Source: a virus (taxonomy: Duplodnaviria > Caudoviricetes). Taken from it: a stretch of DNA of 42,634 nt. Positions 1 through 8,357 of the stretch are shown one piece after another. Both the position numbers and the translations under genes were made by a program. The DNA is taken from positions 1 to 42,634 of IMG/VR virus record IMGVR_UViG_3300034945_000004; one strand, given 5' to 3'. The stretch's first letter is position 1. Each line of letters opens with the position of its first letter. The notes beneath the pieces were generated by a model. That model made no database searches. It saw only the letters and a program-made list of their open reading frames with translations, and was not told where the DNA came from.

Positions 1-272
1 CGGATCAAGCCACGTCTACTGGCGCGGGGGCTCTATTCTCGCGGAGCATCCGTCCGTTTCTGGAGCGGTCTGGAATTGCCTCTACTGACGAAATGAACTT
101 CATCGCCAAGAAACTGGATGACATTCAGAAATTGAACATCCCCGAACCGGAACGGCTTGGGATGGTTAGGCGCGTCGTTCTAAATTCCGCTGGCAGTTGG
201 GCGGCGAGCGCAACAGCAAGAGGTGGTCAGGAGGCTTACCAGTGGTCAAAAAGCAAGATGGTCCCCGAATGA
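1..272 (+). CDS. 3' end of a gene truncated by the window start, probably a DNA ejection/internal virion protein
   Basis: Open frame from nt 3 (DQATSTGAGALFSRSIRPFLERSG...SKMVPE) to TGA 270-272, ATGA-overlapping the next gene; not in the ORF track. Function inferred from gene order. Confidence 0.6.
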   Translation, partial: DQATSTGAGALFSRSIRPFLERSGIASTDEMNFIAKKLDDIQKLNIPEPERLGMVRRVVLNSAGSWAASATARGGQEAYQWSKSKMVPE

Positions 273-556
273 AAAAGCCCTCCGACCGCCGCATTCCCGA
301 CCCCCGGCTAGAGAAGCTAGTCAACGAGATGGATACCGTAAAGATTCATCTGAACGAGAACACAAGGCTTACCGCTGTTGCTGCTGAGAAGGCAGAACTC
401 GCTGCTTATAAAGCCGAGCAGATGGCAGGGGACGTGAGGGACATTAAGGACATTGTTAGATCGTTCAAGTTGCTCGGAGTCTTAGCTGGATGGGCGGGCG
501 GAATTGTAGCTGCGGCAGTTGCGATAAAGACGGGCTGGACGAATCTGGTCAAGTGA
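269..556 (+). CDS. small coiled-coil protein with C-terminal TM helix (holin/antiholin-like)
   Basis: ATG 269 overlaps the upstream stop; hydrophobic LLGVLAGWAGGIVAAAVAI near C-terminus; upstream of lysis genes. Confidence 0.55.
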   Translation: MKKPSDRRIPDPRLEKLVNEMDTVKIHLNENTRLTAVAAEKAELAAYKAEQMAGDVRDIKDIVRSFKLLGVLAGWAGGIVAAAVAIKTGWTNLVK

Positions 557-720
557 ACGAAGAAGCCGACGAGGTACTTAACTCTCTCAAGGCAGGCGTG
601 ATCGAGGGGGGAAGTCTGACCGACGAAGGTTTGCACATATTCCTTGAGGATGGTCGCGTCGTTATCTTCTACGGCCAGTTCATCCTTGGCGTTGTACGAC
701 CAGATAGGACACTTAACTAG
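553..720 (+). CDS. hypothetical protein (55 aa)
   Basis: GTGA overlap with previous stop; VNEEADEVLNSLKAG... Confidence 0.55.
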   Translation: MNEEADEVLNSLKAGVIEGGSLTDEGLHIFLEDGRVVIFYGQFILGVVRPDRTLN

Positions 721-753
721 TTATACAACGCGAGGGGAATACTTCGTATAACC

Positions 754-1116
754 ATGAGCCTTCCGCTGACTCCGCACATTCTGGAGGCTTCATACGAGTA
801 CCTAAGAGCGACACCCCCGTTCCGTTCGTGGCGATTGCCTAAAGGACGCGAAGTCAATTTCCGAGTTCTGAGAACCAAACAATTCGAGGGCGACCACACC
901 ACCTATGTTCGTGAGGGTGGGCACATTATCAGAGTTTCAAGTGGAAAGATCGGGCACACCGGAAGCCTGATGGCGGTGATGGCGCATGAAATGATCCATG
1001 CATACCAAGCCCGCAGGAAAACAGAAACAGCCAACACGGTTCACAACGCTGAGTTTCATCGTCTAGCCGCGAGGGTATGCAAGCTGCACGGCTTTGACCT
1101 GAAGCTATTCGTATAA
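754..1116 (+). CDS. SprT-like zinc metalloprotease
   Basis: VMAHEMIH (HExxH) plus downstream HNAEF motif typical of SprT-like domains. Confidence 0.75.
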   Translation: MSLPLTPHILEASYEYLRATPPFRSWRLPKGREVNFRVLRTKQFEGDHTTYVREGGHIIRVSSGKIGHTGSLMAVMAHEMIHAYQARRKTETANTVHNAEFHRLAARVCKLHGFDLKLFV

Positions 1117-1123
1117 GGAATCA

Positions 1124-2098
1124 ATGTCTCCGCGATGTTCGGATCAAGAGTTCATCAATATTTGGAAGCAATACAGGTCATGTGCTGCGGTTGCTAAGGC
1201 GCTGGATGTAGGCCCCACAAACGCAGCCGCTAGACGCAGGCGGATAGAACAGCGCCACGGAATAAGACTCGAAACCGTAGACCTTCGCAGACCGTCCTAC
1301 GACCAATCCATGCTGATTACGGCGGATAAGGTCGAGGTCAAACTGAAGATCAAGACGGGGGTGATTCTAGTTACTGGGGACCAGCACTTCCACCCCAACA
1401 ACATCCCCACCATGCACAGGGCGCTATGCAGTTTGGCGAAGAAGATTAAGCCCTACGCAATCGTCTGGAACGGGGATGCTTTTGACGGCTCCACGATCAG
1501 CAGGCACCCATCTATCGGTTGGGAGAACAAGCCCACAGTTAAGCAGGAACTAGACGAGGTTACGGACCGATCTAAAGAGATCATGGACGCATCGCCGGGA
1601 TCGAAGAAGATTTGGATTGCCGGGAACCATGACCTCAGAGCGGAATGCCGCCTTGCTGCCGTTGCCCCCGAGTTCAGGGGGGTAAAGGGGTTCCATCTTA
1701 AAGACTTCTTCCCCGAGTGGACTCCCGCCTGGTTCGTTACGGTCAACGAAGATACCCCGAGCCACACTGAGATTCGCCACCGCGAAAAAGGCGGCGCGCA
1801 CGCTAGTTATAACAACGTGAAGGAATCAGGAGTAACCCTCGTTACCGGGCACGACCACCGCGCGGACGTTGTTCCTTATGACGACCGGCGCGGCAGACGG
1901 TATGGTGTGAGACACGGTATGGGTGCGGACAGTTCACGGGATCTTCCATTTGTCCACTACCTAGAGGGGCGCAAACCATCATGGCAATCTGGGTTGGCGG
2001 TCCTAACCTATAAAAACGGGATGCTTCTAATGCCGGAATTGGCGCTGAGGTTGGACGAAAACAGCTTCCAATTCAGGGGGGAAATAATCCGTGTTTGA
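1124..2098 (+). CDS. calcineurin-like metallophosphoesterase with N-terminal HTH-like segment
   Basis: GDQH, NGDAFD, GNHD, H and GHDH motifs in the expected order. Confidence 0.85.
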   Translation: MSPRCSDQEFINIWKQYRSCAAVAKALDVGPTNAAARRRRIEQRHGIRLETVDLRRPSYDQSMLITADKVEVKLKIKTGVILVTGDQHFHPNNIPTMHRALCSLAKKIKPYAIVWNGDAFDGSTISRHPSIGWENKPTVKQELDEVTDRSKEIMDASPGSKKIWIAGNHDLRAECRLAAVAPEFRGVKGFHLKDFFPEWTPAWFVTVNEDTPSHTEIRHREKGGAHASYNNVKESGVTLVTGHDHRADVVPYDDRRGRRYGVRHGMGADSSRDLPFVHYLEGRKPSWQSGLAVLTYKNGMLLMPELALRLDENSFQFRGEIIRV

Positions 2099-2138
2099 TA
2101 TAATGCGGGGAGCACGGTGTTACTAGCACCGCGTCCCC
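2096..2138 (+). promoter_or_regulatory. extended -10 promoter plus leader hairpin for the HNH gene
   Basis: TG-A-TATAAT at 2096-2104, then GGGGA..CGGTG/CACCG..TCCCC stem at 2107-2138. Confidence 0.6.
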
Positions 2139-2167
2139 TAACCAACCAACCTATGCGAGAGGTCGGA

Positions 2168-2743
2168 ATGGCTGCTAAGCAGTGTACCAAATGCGGCAAA
2201 TCAAAGCCGCTATCCGAGTATCCAAGAATGCAGGGTGGCTATCGGCCTCGCTGCAAACCGTGTCATGTCCACGACTCACGTAGCTGGGCCGTCAAAAACC
2301 ACTCTGCGTATCTGGCAAGGATGCGTAAGTGGTATGACGAAAATAAACGTAGCTCAAGGGTTGTTCTCACAAAAGAGGAGAAGCTAGCCAGAAAGCGTGC
2401 CTACAACGCGATTTGGTCAGTCAAGAACAAAGATCGGTTCGTGCAGATGCGCAAGGATTGGTCCCAAAAGAACAAGCACATTGAAATGGAGCGCGTTCGC
2501 CGTCGTCAGGCAGCGAAACGCCAAGCCACCCCGAAGTGGGCTGACGTTCTCAAGATGCGCGAAATCTATAGGTTGGCGCTTCAGCGAAGTAAGGATACCG
2601 GCATACCGCACCACGTTGACCACATCGTCCCGCTGAAAAGCAAACTGGTATGTGGACTGCACGCGGAGACAAACCTGCGCGTTGTCCCGGCCATCGTGAA
2701 TCTAAAGAAGAACAACCGTACTTGGCCGGATATGCCCGTATGA
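2168..2743 (+). CDS. HNH endonuclease with N-terminal Cys4 zinc ribbon (freestanding, homing-type)
   Basis: CTKC...CKPC; HHVDHIVPL...CGLH..TNL...N.KKNN. Start moved to ATG 2168 after GAGAGG. Confidence 0.88.
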   Translation: MAAKQCTKCGKSKPLSEYPRMQGGYRPRCKPCHVHDSRSWAVKNHSAYLARMRKWYDENKRSSRVVLTKEEKLARKRAYNAIWSVKNKDRFVQMRKDWSQKNKHIEMERVRRRQAAKRQATPKWADVLKMREIYRLALQRSKDTGIPHHVDHIVPLKSKLVCGLHAETNLRVVPAIVNLKKNNRTWPDMPV

Positions 2744-2889
2744 AGCCCGGAGACTGGTTCCTGGCGGCGATGTCCGTGGGCTACATCGGTGCAGCCGTGG
2801 CGTATGGGCTACAGGGAAACACGGGGTATGCGGTGGCACTCGGATGCTACGCGGTCGCCAATGGAGGCTTGATTTATGCAGCCCACTGA
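2740..2889 (+). CDS. small two-TM membrane protein
   Basis: ATGA overlap; MKPGDWFLAAMSVGYIGAAVAYG...YAVALGCYAVANGGLIYAAH. Confidence 0.6.
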   Translation: MKPGDWFLAAMSVGYIGAAVAYGLQGNTGYAVALGCYAVANGGLIYAAH

Positions 2890-2978
2890 CATTGATCTGG
2901 AGGCGCTTGCAGAAGCGTACCGGGAAAGCGGTCTTGTATTGACAACGGAAGGCGACGTGTTCTTCGTGGAGGTTCTAG

Positions 2979-3317
2979 ATGGAACGGGAAGCGAGGATTG
3001 AAGATGGGAAGGTATTGGCGGCTGCACTGGCGATTGTTGCTTTCTGTGTCCTGCTTACATTCGCCACGGGCGCATTTGCAAAGCCGGTTCTGAGAACATC
3101 GAGCGGGCCGGTAACGATCACGCTCTACGACGACAAGAGGGTATGCCAGCAGGCAACCAATCTTCCCCGGAAGGCTGTTTGGATGGAAGCTGGGAAAGAG
3201 ATTCACGGCTGCTGGGGGCTTAATCCCTTCGGAATGGTGATGTTCTGGTTTGAGGATAGGACGGTCGCCAGTGCGCCGGGGCATGAGTTTGTGGAGATCA
3301 AGGAGGTTGAAGTTTGA
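2979..3317 (+). CDS. hypothetical exported/membrane-anchored protein
   Basis: Hydrophobic N-terminal stretch ending AFA (signal-peptidase-like site); coupled to lysozyme. Confidence 0.6.
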   Translation: MEREARIEDGKVLAAALAIVAFCVLLTFATGAFAKPVLRTSSGPVTITLYDDKRVCQQATNLPRKAVWMEAGKEIHGCWGLNPFGMVMFWFEDRTVASAPGHEFVEIKEVEV

Positions 3318-3754
3318 ATGCGTCTGACCGCTGCATCCAGTTAATCAAAGAGTTTGAAGGGTTTGAAGCCCTACCTTACAAGTGCGCTGCCGGGAAACTA
3401 ACTGTTGGCTATGGACACCTAATCAGGTCGGGAGAGGTGTTTCCAGTCACCGGATTAACTGAAGCAGAAGCCACTGAACTACTCTGCAAGGACCTAAAGG
3501 ATTGTGAGGCTTGCGTTGATGCGTATGTGGATGCTCCCCTGGAGTCTTATCAATTCGATGCCTTGTGTTCGTTCGTGTTCAACCTTGGATGCCAAAGACT
3601 CAAGACTTCGACGCTGCTGAAGAAACTAAACAAGGAAGATTACAAGGGCGCGACGGCTGAGTTCGACCGCTGGGTAATGGCAGGCGGGAAGAAACTGAAT
3701 GGCCTGGTCCGTAGAAGGGCTGCGGAGCGGGCACTATTTGAAGGGAAAGCATAA
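3314..3754 (+). CDS. endolysin, GH24 phage lysozyme
   Basis: IKEFEG...YKCAAGKLTVGYGH, QFDALCSFVFNLG, GLVRRRAAERALF. Confidence 0.95.
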   Translation: MNASDRCIQLIKEFEGFEALPYKCAAGKLTVGYGHLIRSGEVFPVTGLTEAEATELLCKDLKDCEACVDAYVDAPLESYQFDALCSFVFNLGCQRLKTSTLLKKLNKEDYKGATAEFDRWVMAGGKKLNGLVRRRAAERALFEGKA

Positions 3755-4152
3755 TGCTTACAGCAATTCTAGGAATCCTCTCCCCCATCTTCGGGCAGGT
3801 AGCCAAAAACCTGTTCCCCGATCCTGCCGATGAACTGAAGCGGATGCAGATGCAGGCCGACCTTCAGCGGGAACTGATTGCCAGGGCCAACGAGATTGAA
3901 CTGGCGGCGGCGTCCATTGTTAAGGCCGAGGCCGAAAGCGATAACTGGATTACATCCTCATGGCGTCCGATCCTGATGCTCTCCTTCGGGGCATTGATCG
4001 TTGCTAGGTGGCTGGGCTGGACCGCCCCCGGCATTACCGAGGCCGAACTTCTTAAACTGTGGGACATCATCCAGCTAGGGCTTGGGGGTTATGTGATCGG
4101 GCGGTCTGTCGAAAAGATAGCCCCCTCCATTGCCGAGGTACTGAGGAAATAA
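3754..4152 (+). CDS. holin (GTA-type 3-TM holin family)
   Basis: SSWRPILMLSFG...LGLGGYVIGRSVEK signature; adjacent to lysozyme. Confidence 0.85.
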   Translation: MLTAILGILSPIFGQVAKNLFPDPADELKRMQMQADLQRELIARANEIELAAASIVKAEAESDNWITSSWRPILMLSFGALIVARWLGWTAPGITEAELLKLWDIIQLGLGGYVIGRSVEKIAPSIAEVLRK

Positions 4153-4311
4153 CCGGTTCATAACTCACCCGCGTAGCCCCACAAGTTGCCGGATTTGATA
4201 TGAACCGATTTCCCCTATTTGATTGAATTTGAACGAATCTAGCTAAGTTTGCTAGGCTTAATACCGCCTTTGAAACTAAAGGGATTTCCTAGCCTAGATT
4301 AGCAACGGTTC
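4153..4311. other. putative attP region
   Basis: AT-rich gap between converging holin and integrase; inverted repeat AACCGGTTCATA (4151-4162)/TATGAACCGATT (4199-4210); clustered CTAG-containing repeats at about 4237-4302. Confidence 0.55.
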
Positions 4312-5286
4312 TTAATTCAGGGGGCCGACGAGGTTTCCTTTGAGCCTTCTATAGACGGTGGCGGTGATTTTTTCGTCCGCATGACCGGCCCGGTCGGAAG
4401 CCGTTTTCAGGTTCGGTTCGTCCGATACAGCCTTCGCCCGAAGATCCCGAATCTGCCAGTAGTCCGTGCCAGCCTCTTTCTGAGCCTTCCTGAAGGCCCG
4501 CTGGAGCGCGTAAGACCTTACCTGCTGTCCTTGGTCGTCCGACACGATAAAGAGGCTCTGGACGGCCCCTGAGCGCCCCAGGATGCGTTCTAGGACGGTA
4601 TTCAACCTTCCCTCAATCCTGATCCTCACTTTCCTGCCAGTCTTGCCTTGCGCGAACCACAGGCACCCCTCCCTTATATCCGCCCGTTTTAGTTTAAGAA
4701 CGTCCCCCTCGCGTTGAGACGTAAGCAAAGCCAAATCCATCGCGTCCTGCACTATCCGGGGGGCGACGGTGTAGACGGAATCAAATTCCTCCTGAGTGAC
4801 GTACCTATCTCTAGGTCTTTCCCTGAATCGTTTAACTCCCGCGCAGGGGTTGGCGAGGTTGGTTAATCCCCGCTCCCTAGACCAGTTCCAGATGATCGAC
4901 AGGACGGCTATTTCCCGGTTGCCTGAAATCTTCGCGGTTCGCCAATCAAGATACTGTCTGACGTACTGCGGGGTGATTTGGTCAAGCTGGAAATGCCCGA
5001 AGGCGTCTATCAGGCTGGACAGGTAGATGGTGTAAACCTGCTGAGTGCCTTTGGCTTTGTCCTTGAGGTACTCGCGCTCCCACCTTTCGGCGGCTTGCTT
5101 GAATGTGTTTGGGGTAGGCTCGCCGGATTCCAGTTCGGCCCACTTTTGGAGTGCTTTCGTGAGGTCGGAACCTAAAGGCAGTTTCTTCTGCCCGTAGTAG
5201 TAAAGGACGCGCTCCCCGACCTTCCTCCCGGTCATCCTTGGGGGCAGGCTTGGGAAGGCTGATTTAGGTCGGCCCATTTCGATCAT
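4312..5286 (-). CDS. int: tyrosine recombinase/integrase
   Basis: TSQREGD (R), QGKTG (K), IRDLRAKA, AGH and VY catalytic motifs; N-terminal arm-binding-type segment. Confidence 0.95.
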   Translation of the reverse strand: MIEMGRPKSAFPSLPPRMTGRKVGERVLYYYGQKKLPLGSDLTKALQKWAELESGEPTPNTFKQAAERWEREYLKDKAKGTQQVYTIYLSSLIDAFGHFQLDQITPQYVRQYLDWRTAKISGNREIAVLSIIWNWSRERGLTNLANPCAGVKRFRERPRDRYVTQEEFDSVYTVAPRIVQDAMDLALLTSQREGDVLKLKRADIREGCLWFAQGKTGRKVRIRIEGRLNTVLERILGRSGAVQSLFIVSDDQGQQVRSYALQRAFRKAQKEAGTDYWQIRDLRAKAVSDEPNLKTASDRAGHADEKITATVYRRLKGNLVGPLN

Positions 5287-5474
5287 CGTACAGGCCCCAA
5301 TTGAGGGGGGGGTACTGCTGATTTATCCATGTCTCGGCGGACGACGGGATAACCCTTGCTGTTCACCTGATGAGGAATACCCCTAGAGCGCAGGAAGGCG
5401 ATTTGCTTGGACGGCTTGACGTAGCCAGTCAACAAGCGAACGTCGCCAGGGTCCAGGAAGGCACTCGGGTTCAT
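5283..5474 (-). CDS. DUF4224-type excisionase-like protein
   Basis: FL...LLTGYVKPSKQIAFLRSRGIPHQVNSKGYPVV; immediately upstream of int. Confidence 0.8.
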   Translation of the reverse strand: MNPSAFLDPGDVRLLTGYVKPSKQIAFLRSRGIPHQVNSKGYPVVRRDMDKSAVPPPQLGPVR

Positions 5475-5496
5475 CCGGTTTCCGCTCGTCTGGCCG

Positions 5497-5673
5497 TTAA
5501 GCCCCGGCCCTCCGCCTTCGATCTTCTATTAGCGCCCTGGCAATATCGGCATCCTTTTGCGACTGCACCCCAAGGCGCTCCATAGGGGTCAGCCACCGCC
5601 AATCGCTGCCCGCAGGCAATTCGTCGTCGCGGATGCCGTCAAATCGGAATGCCTCTTTCAGCCACTTAAGCAT
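5497..5673 (-). CDS. hypothetical protein (58 aa)
   Basis: GGAG RBS + ATG; MLKWLKEAFRFDG...RRRRAGA; below the ORF-track size cutoff. Confidence 0.5.
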   Translation of the reverse strand: MLKWLKEAFRFDGIRDDELPAGSDWRWLTPMERLGVQSQKDADIARALIEDRRRRAGA

Positions 5674-5704
5674 GTTCGCTCCGTTGTTTCCGCTACAGTT
5701 GATC

Positions 5705-6637
5705 TCACAGGCGGTATTCCTTGTCGATGAATCCTAGATCCGGGTTCCCGACCAGTGTCCAGCGAACCCAGGTTTTGAAATCGGAGTAGTGCCGCCAGTG
5801 CCCGCGCCGGAAGTGCAGGCGCTTCTTGGTGGCTGTCCCACCGCCAGCGCCAAGCGGATTTGCTACTCTGCTCCGGTGCGCGAGGGTGACGACGTGGTAA
5901 CTGAAGAATGGAACCTTGCCTTCTCGCTCGCGGCGGCGGTTCGCCTTCTCAGAGGCGCGAACGACCTGATGGGTTGCTACCTCGGCGTCCAACGCCACGC
6001 AGATCGCCTTGACGACATCCAATGCGAGCATGAAAGGCGGGAATGTGTGCGCGTCCTTCTCGTCGGAAATCCACGCTTCGCCGCATTCGGCGTAATAGCG
6101 GTAGGCCGGTTCGCATCCCTCGTTCTGTTGGGCCATCACCGTGACGCTCTTACCGCTGATTCGCAACTCAAACGCGCACTGACCGAACGGGAGGTTGAAG
6201 TCGCCGCCAGCGTACTCCCCTGCATTTTTGAAGGCGGCGGCCCAATCGTGCTGAACAACGAATGGTTGAACGGCTTTCCAGTCGAAATCGGAGGGATCGC
6301 CTTTAATTAACTGCCCGTCGTACATTTTCTTGGCCCGCTTGAGCCACCGAACCATCTTGTGCAGGCGACTGCAATCGTTCTTCTGAAGGATCGGCTGTGG
6401 CGTAACGGACCACTTCAGGAAGTCCCGCAAGTTAGATTCCAGCACTTCAAGGGCGACCTTTGCCCGGTCACATTCAGCGGCCCTTTCGTGCAACTGATTG
6501 ACGAGCCGCCGCGCTACCATCTTCTTCTGAAATTGACTCAGCTTCGGGTCGGCAAGTTGCGGGTGCTGTGCGAATAGGCGCGAGATTTCCTCGGCCACCT
6601 TCCGCTCTTGGTCGGTCTTTAGTTCGACAGCCTCCAC
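5705..6637 (-). CDS. conserved phage protein with C-terminal H-x-RRGHWR motif
   Basis: 310 aa; LHFRRGHWRHY...WVRWTLVG. Confidence 0.65.
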   Translation of the reverse strand: MEAVELKTDQERKVAEEISRLFAQHPQLADPKLSQFQKKMVARRLVNQLHERAAECDRAKVALEVLESNLRDFLKWSVTPQPILQKNDCSRLHKMVRWLKRAKKMYDGQLIKGDPSDFDWKAVQPFVVQHDWAAAFKNAGEYAGGDFNLPFGQCAFELRISGKSVTVMAQQNEGCEPAYRYYAECGEAWISDEKDAHTFPPFMLALDVVKAICVALDAEVATHQVVRASEKANRRREREGKVPFFSYHVVTLAHRSRVANPLGAGGGTATKKRLHFRRGHWRHYSDFKTWVRWTLVGNPDLGFIDKEYRL

Positions 6638-6640
6638 TGA

Positions 6641-7201
6641 TTATCCCGTCGTCCTAGTGGAAGGACAGCGCCGGAACTCGACCACCCACACCCAAGGGTT
6701 CGACGCCCAGGGCGCGGTCTTGGTGTTGAGGCGGTCCCACAGGTCTCGATACCAGCCGCGCGCGTTGTCGCGCTCGCATACGTCGCTGCCGACCCGGACA
6801 TCCTTCGGGCGCTCGCACCCTTCGGCGTAGCAGTCGGAGGCGCTGATGTCTTGCAACCGCTCCACGCGCACGGCTACGATCTCCAGCACCAGGCGGCAGG
6901 CCCAGCGGGGCAGATGAATCGGCGGGCGCCACGGATGGCCTACGCCCATCGGCGGGCGCTTTGCGTCCGGGTGATCGGCGGCGTAGATGACCTGGCCTTC
7001 GCGTTCGCAGCCGCGCACGTTGGTGAAGTAGTGGCCCTCTCGCACCCACAGCCTGTCGCCTGGCTGGCCGTAGGGGCAGGTATTCACCATGCCAAGGTGG
7101 CCGCTGGTCTGCGGCTTCAGGACGCGCCGCGTCTGCGTCTTGCGGTCGGCCAGCAGGGCGCGGACCATCGGGCCGCTGAACAGGATGGGGCGTTCGGTCA
7201 T
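6641..7201 (-). CDS. ASCH/PUA-like phage protein
   Basis: ERPILFSGPMVRALL..RKTQTRR, PGDRLWVRE, RVERLQDIS, NPWVWVVEF. Confidence 0.85.
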   Translation of the reverse strand: MTERPILFSGPMVRALLADRKTQTRRVLKPQTSGHLGMVNTCPYGQPGDRLWVREGHYFTNVRGCEREGQVIYAADHPDAKRPPMGVGHPWRPPIHLPRWACRLVLEIVAVRVERLQDISASDCYAEGCERPKDVRVGSDVCERDNARGWYRDLWDRLNTKTAPWASNPWVWVVEFRRCPSTRTTG

Positions 7202-7398
7202 GGAGCTTTCCGAGTATCAATAGGGGAGCCTAGCGTGCAGTCCCGGTATCCGTGTTCCCACTGGCAGTTTTTCGTGCCGCAGTAGTGCCCCACGCTGTCG
7301 CGTTTCCTGCGAGCGCCGCAATATTTGCAGTTGGCAGGACACGGGCACGTCAGCTTGCGCTTCTTCGGCGCTGCCATGAATCCAGCGGGGCCGATCAT
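7198..7398 (-). CDS. small Cys-rich protein
   Basis: ATGA overlaps on both sides; CPCPANCKYC...HYC...C...C. Confidence 0.55.
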   Translation of the reverse strand: MIGPAGFMAAPKKRKLTCPCPANCKYCGARRKRDSVGHYCGTKNCQWEHGYRDCTLGSPIDTRKAP

Positions 7399-8357
7399 TT
7401 GGGCAATCCGGTTGCGGATAACGCGACGATGGCAGCGTCGATCTGCTGCTGCGCGAATCCCTTGATCCACTCGTCGGCGGCTGGATTGTCGCGGGTGTCT
7501 ATCCATGCGTCACGCTGGTCCTCCAACGCTTCCCGTAGTCCGGTGGTGGAGACTGCGTTTTCAGCGATGCAGGCCGGGCAGGTGCGATCGAAGTGTCGCA
7601 GCGGGTGATCCGTGTGAGCGAGTCCGGTGGCAGACACCGAATCGTTAATAAGCCCCGGCGTTATTAACGGCTTGGTGGATAAGGCGGACCCGGAAGGAAT
7701 CGAACCTTCCTTCGCGGGGCCACAGTCCTCCCCGCTACCCGGTTGCGCGGTCGGCCGACCGGCGAGTCCGTTGTTGTTTCCGCTGGCAGAGTGGACGACG
7801 GCAAGCCGCGCTTTGTGCGCGTCCCGGTCAAGCTCTGCGTTCACGCGGCGGTCGCGTTCGGCGGTCAACTCGCGTTCCGCAGTATGGGCACGGTCCATCC
7901 ATTTTCCGACGACTTCCTCTTTCTTCTTCAGGGCCTCGGCCAACTCGTGTTCGAGTTCGCGGATGCGGATCATTCCGAGCGCGTTCGCACCGGCCAACTC
8001 GCGCTCAAAATCGCGTGCGAACTTGCACATCAGTTCAGCAGCATCGAACCACGTAATCGTGTTCCCGCCCTGATCGTAAACCTCGCCCCATCGCGCATCC
8101 GACATCGGCGTGTCGCCGGTTAGGGGCGCAGCGGTAGGATTTACCCATGTGTCGTAGCTGGTCAGGTCGTTGTAGACCGATTGCGTAGGGGCTGGCGTCT
8201 CCTCCGTCTCGGGTAATGCTGTGCGGACGGCGGCCTCGGCTGCGAGGCAATGCCCGACTTCATGGCACCGGGAGCGCGGGCAGGTCTTGAGGCACTTCGC
8301 TCCGTCCAATTTTTCAGCGGACACCGGCTCAGACGAAGAGCCCTTGCTGTGCGTCAT
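7395..8357 (-). CDS. mosaic Ead-like hypothetical protein
   Basis: 320 aa; coiled-coil core plus short segments ending in SxxG; early left operon. Confidence 0.6.
   Translation of the reverse strand: MTHSKGSSSEPVSAEKLDGAKCLKTCPRSRCHEVGHCLAAEAAVRTALPETEETPAPTQSVYNDLTSYDTWVNPTAAPLTGDTPMSDARWGEVYDQGGNTITWFDAAELMCKFARDFERELAGANALGMIRIRELEHELAEALKKKEEVVGKWMDRAHTAERELTAERDRRVNAELDRDAHKARLAVVHSASGNNNGLAGRPTAQPGSGEDCGPAKEGSIPSGSALSTKPLITPGLINDSVSATGLAHTDHPLRHFDRTCPACIAENAVSTTGLREALEDQRDAWIDTRDNPAADEWIKGFAQQQIDAAIVALSATGLPK
7682..7769 (-). ncRNA. tRNA-like cloverleaf embedded in ORF 7395..8357
   Basis: Acceptor GGACTCG/CGGGTCC + G + CCT; T-arm GAAGG-TTCGATT-CCTTC; stems CCGGT/ACCGG and GCGGGG/CCCCGC (10-nt loop). 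Confidence 0.55.

Noticed and set aside
4312-5286. Integrase has RDLR in place of HxxR, suggesting inactivation
   Set aside because: This position varies among active tyrosine recombinases; R, K, R, H and Y are intact.
6696-6708. GGGTTCGACGCCC, resembling a T-arm
   Set aside because: Antisense of the conserved WASNPW codons; no acceptor stem.
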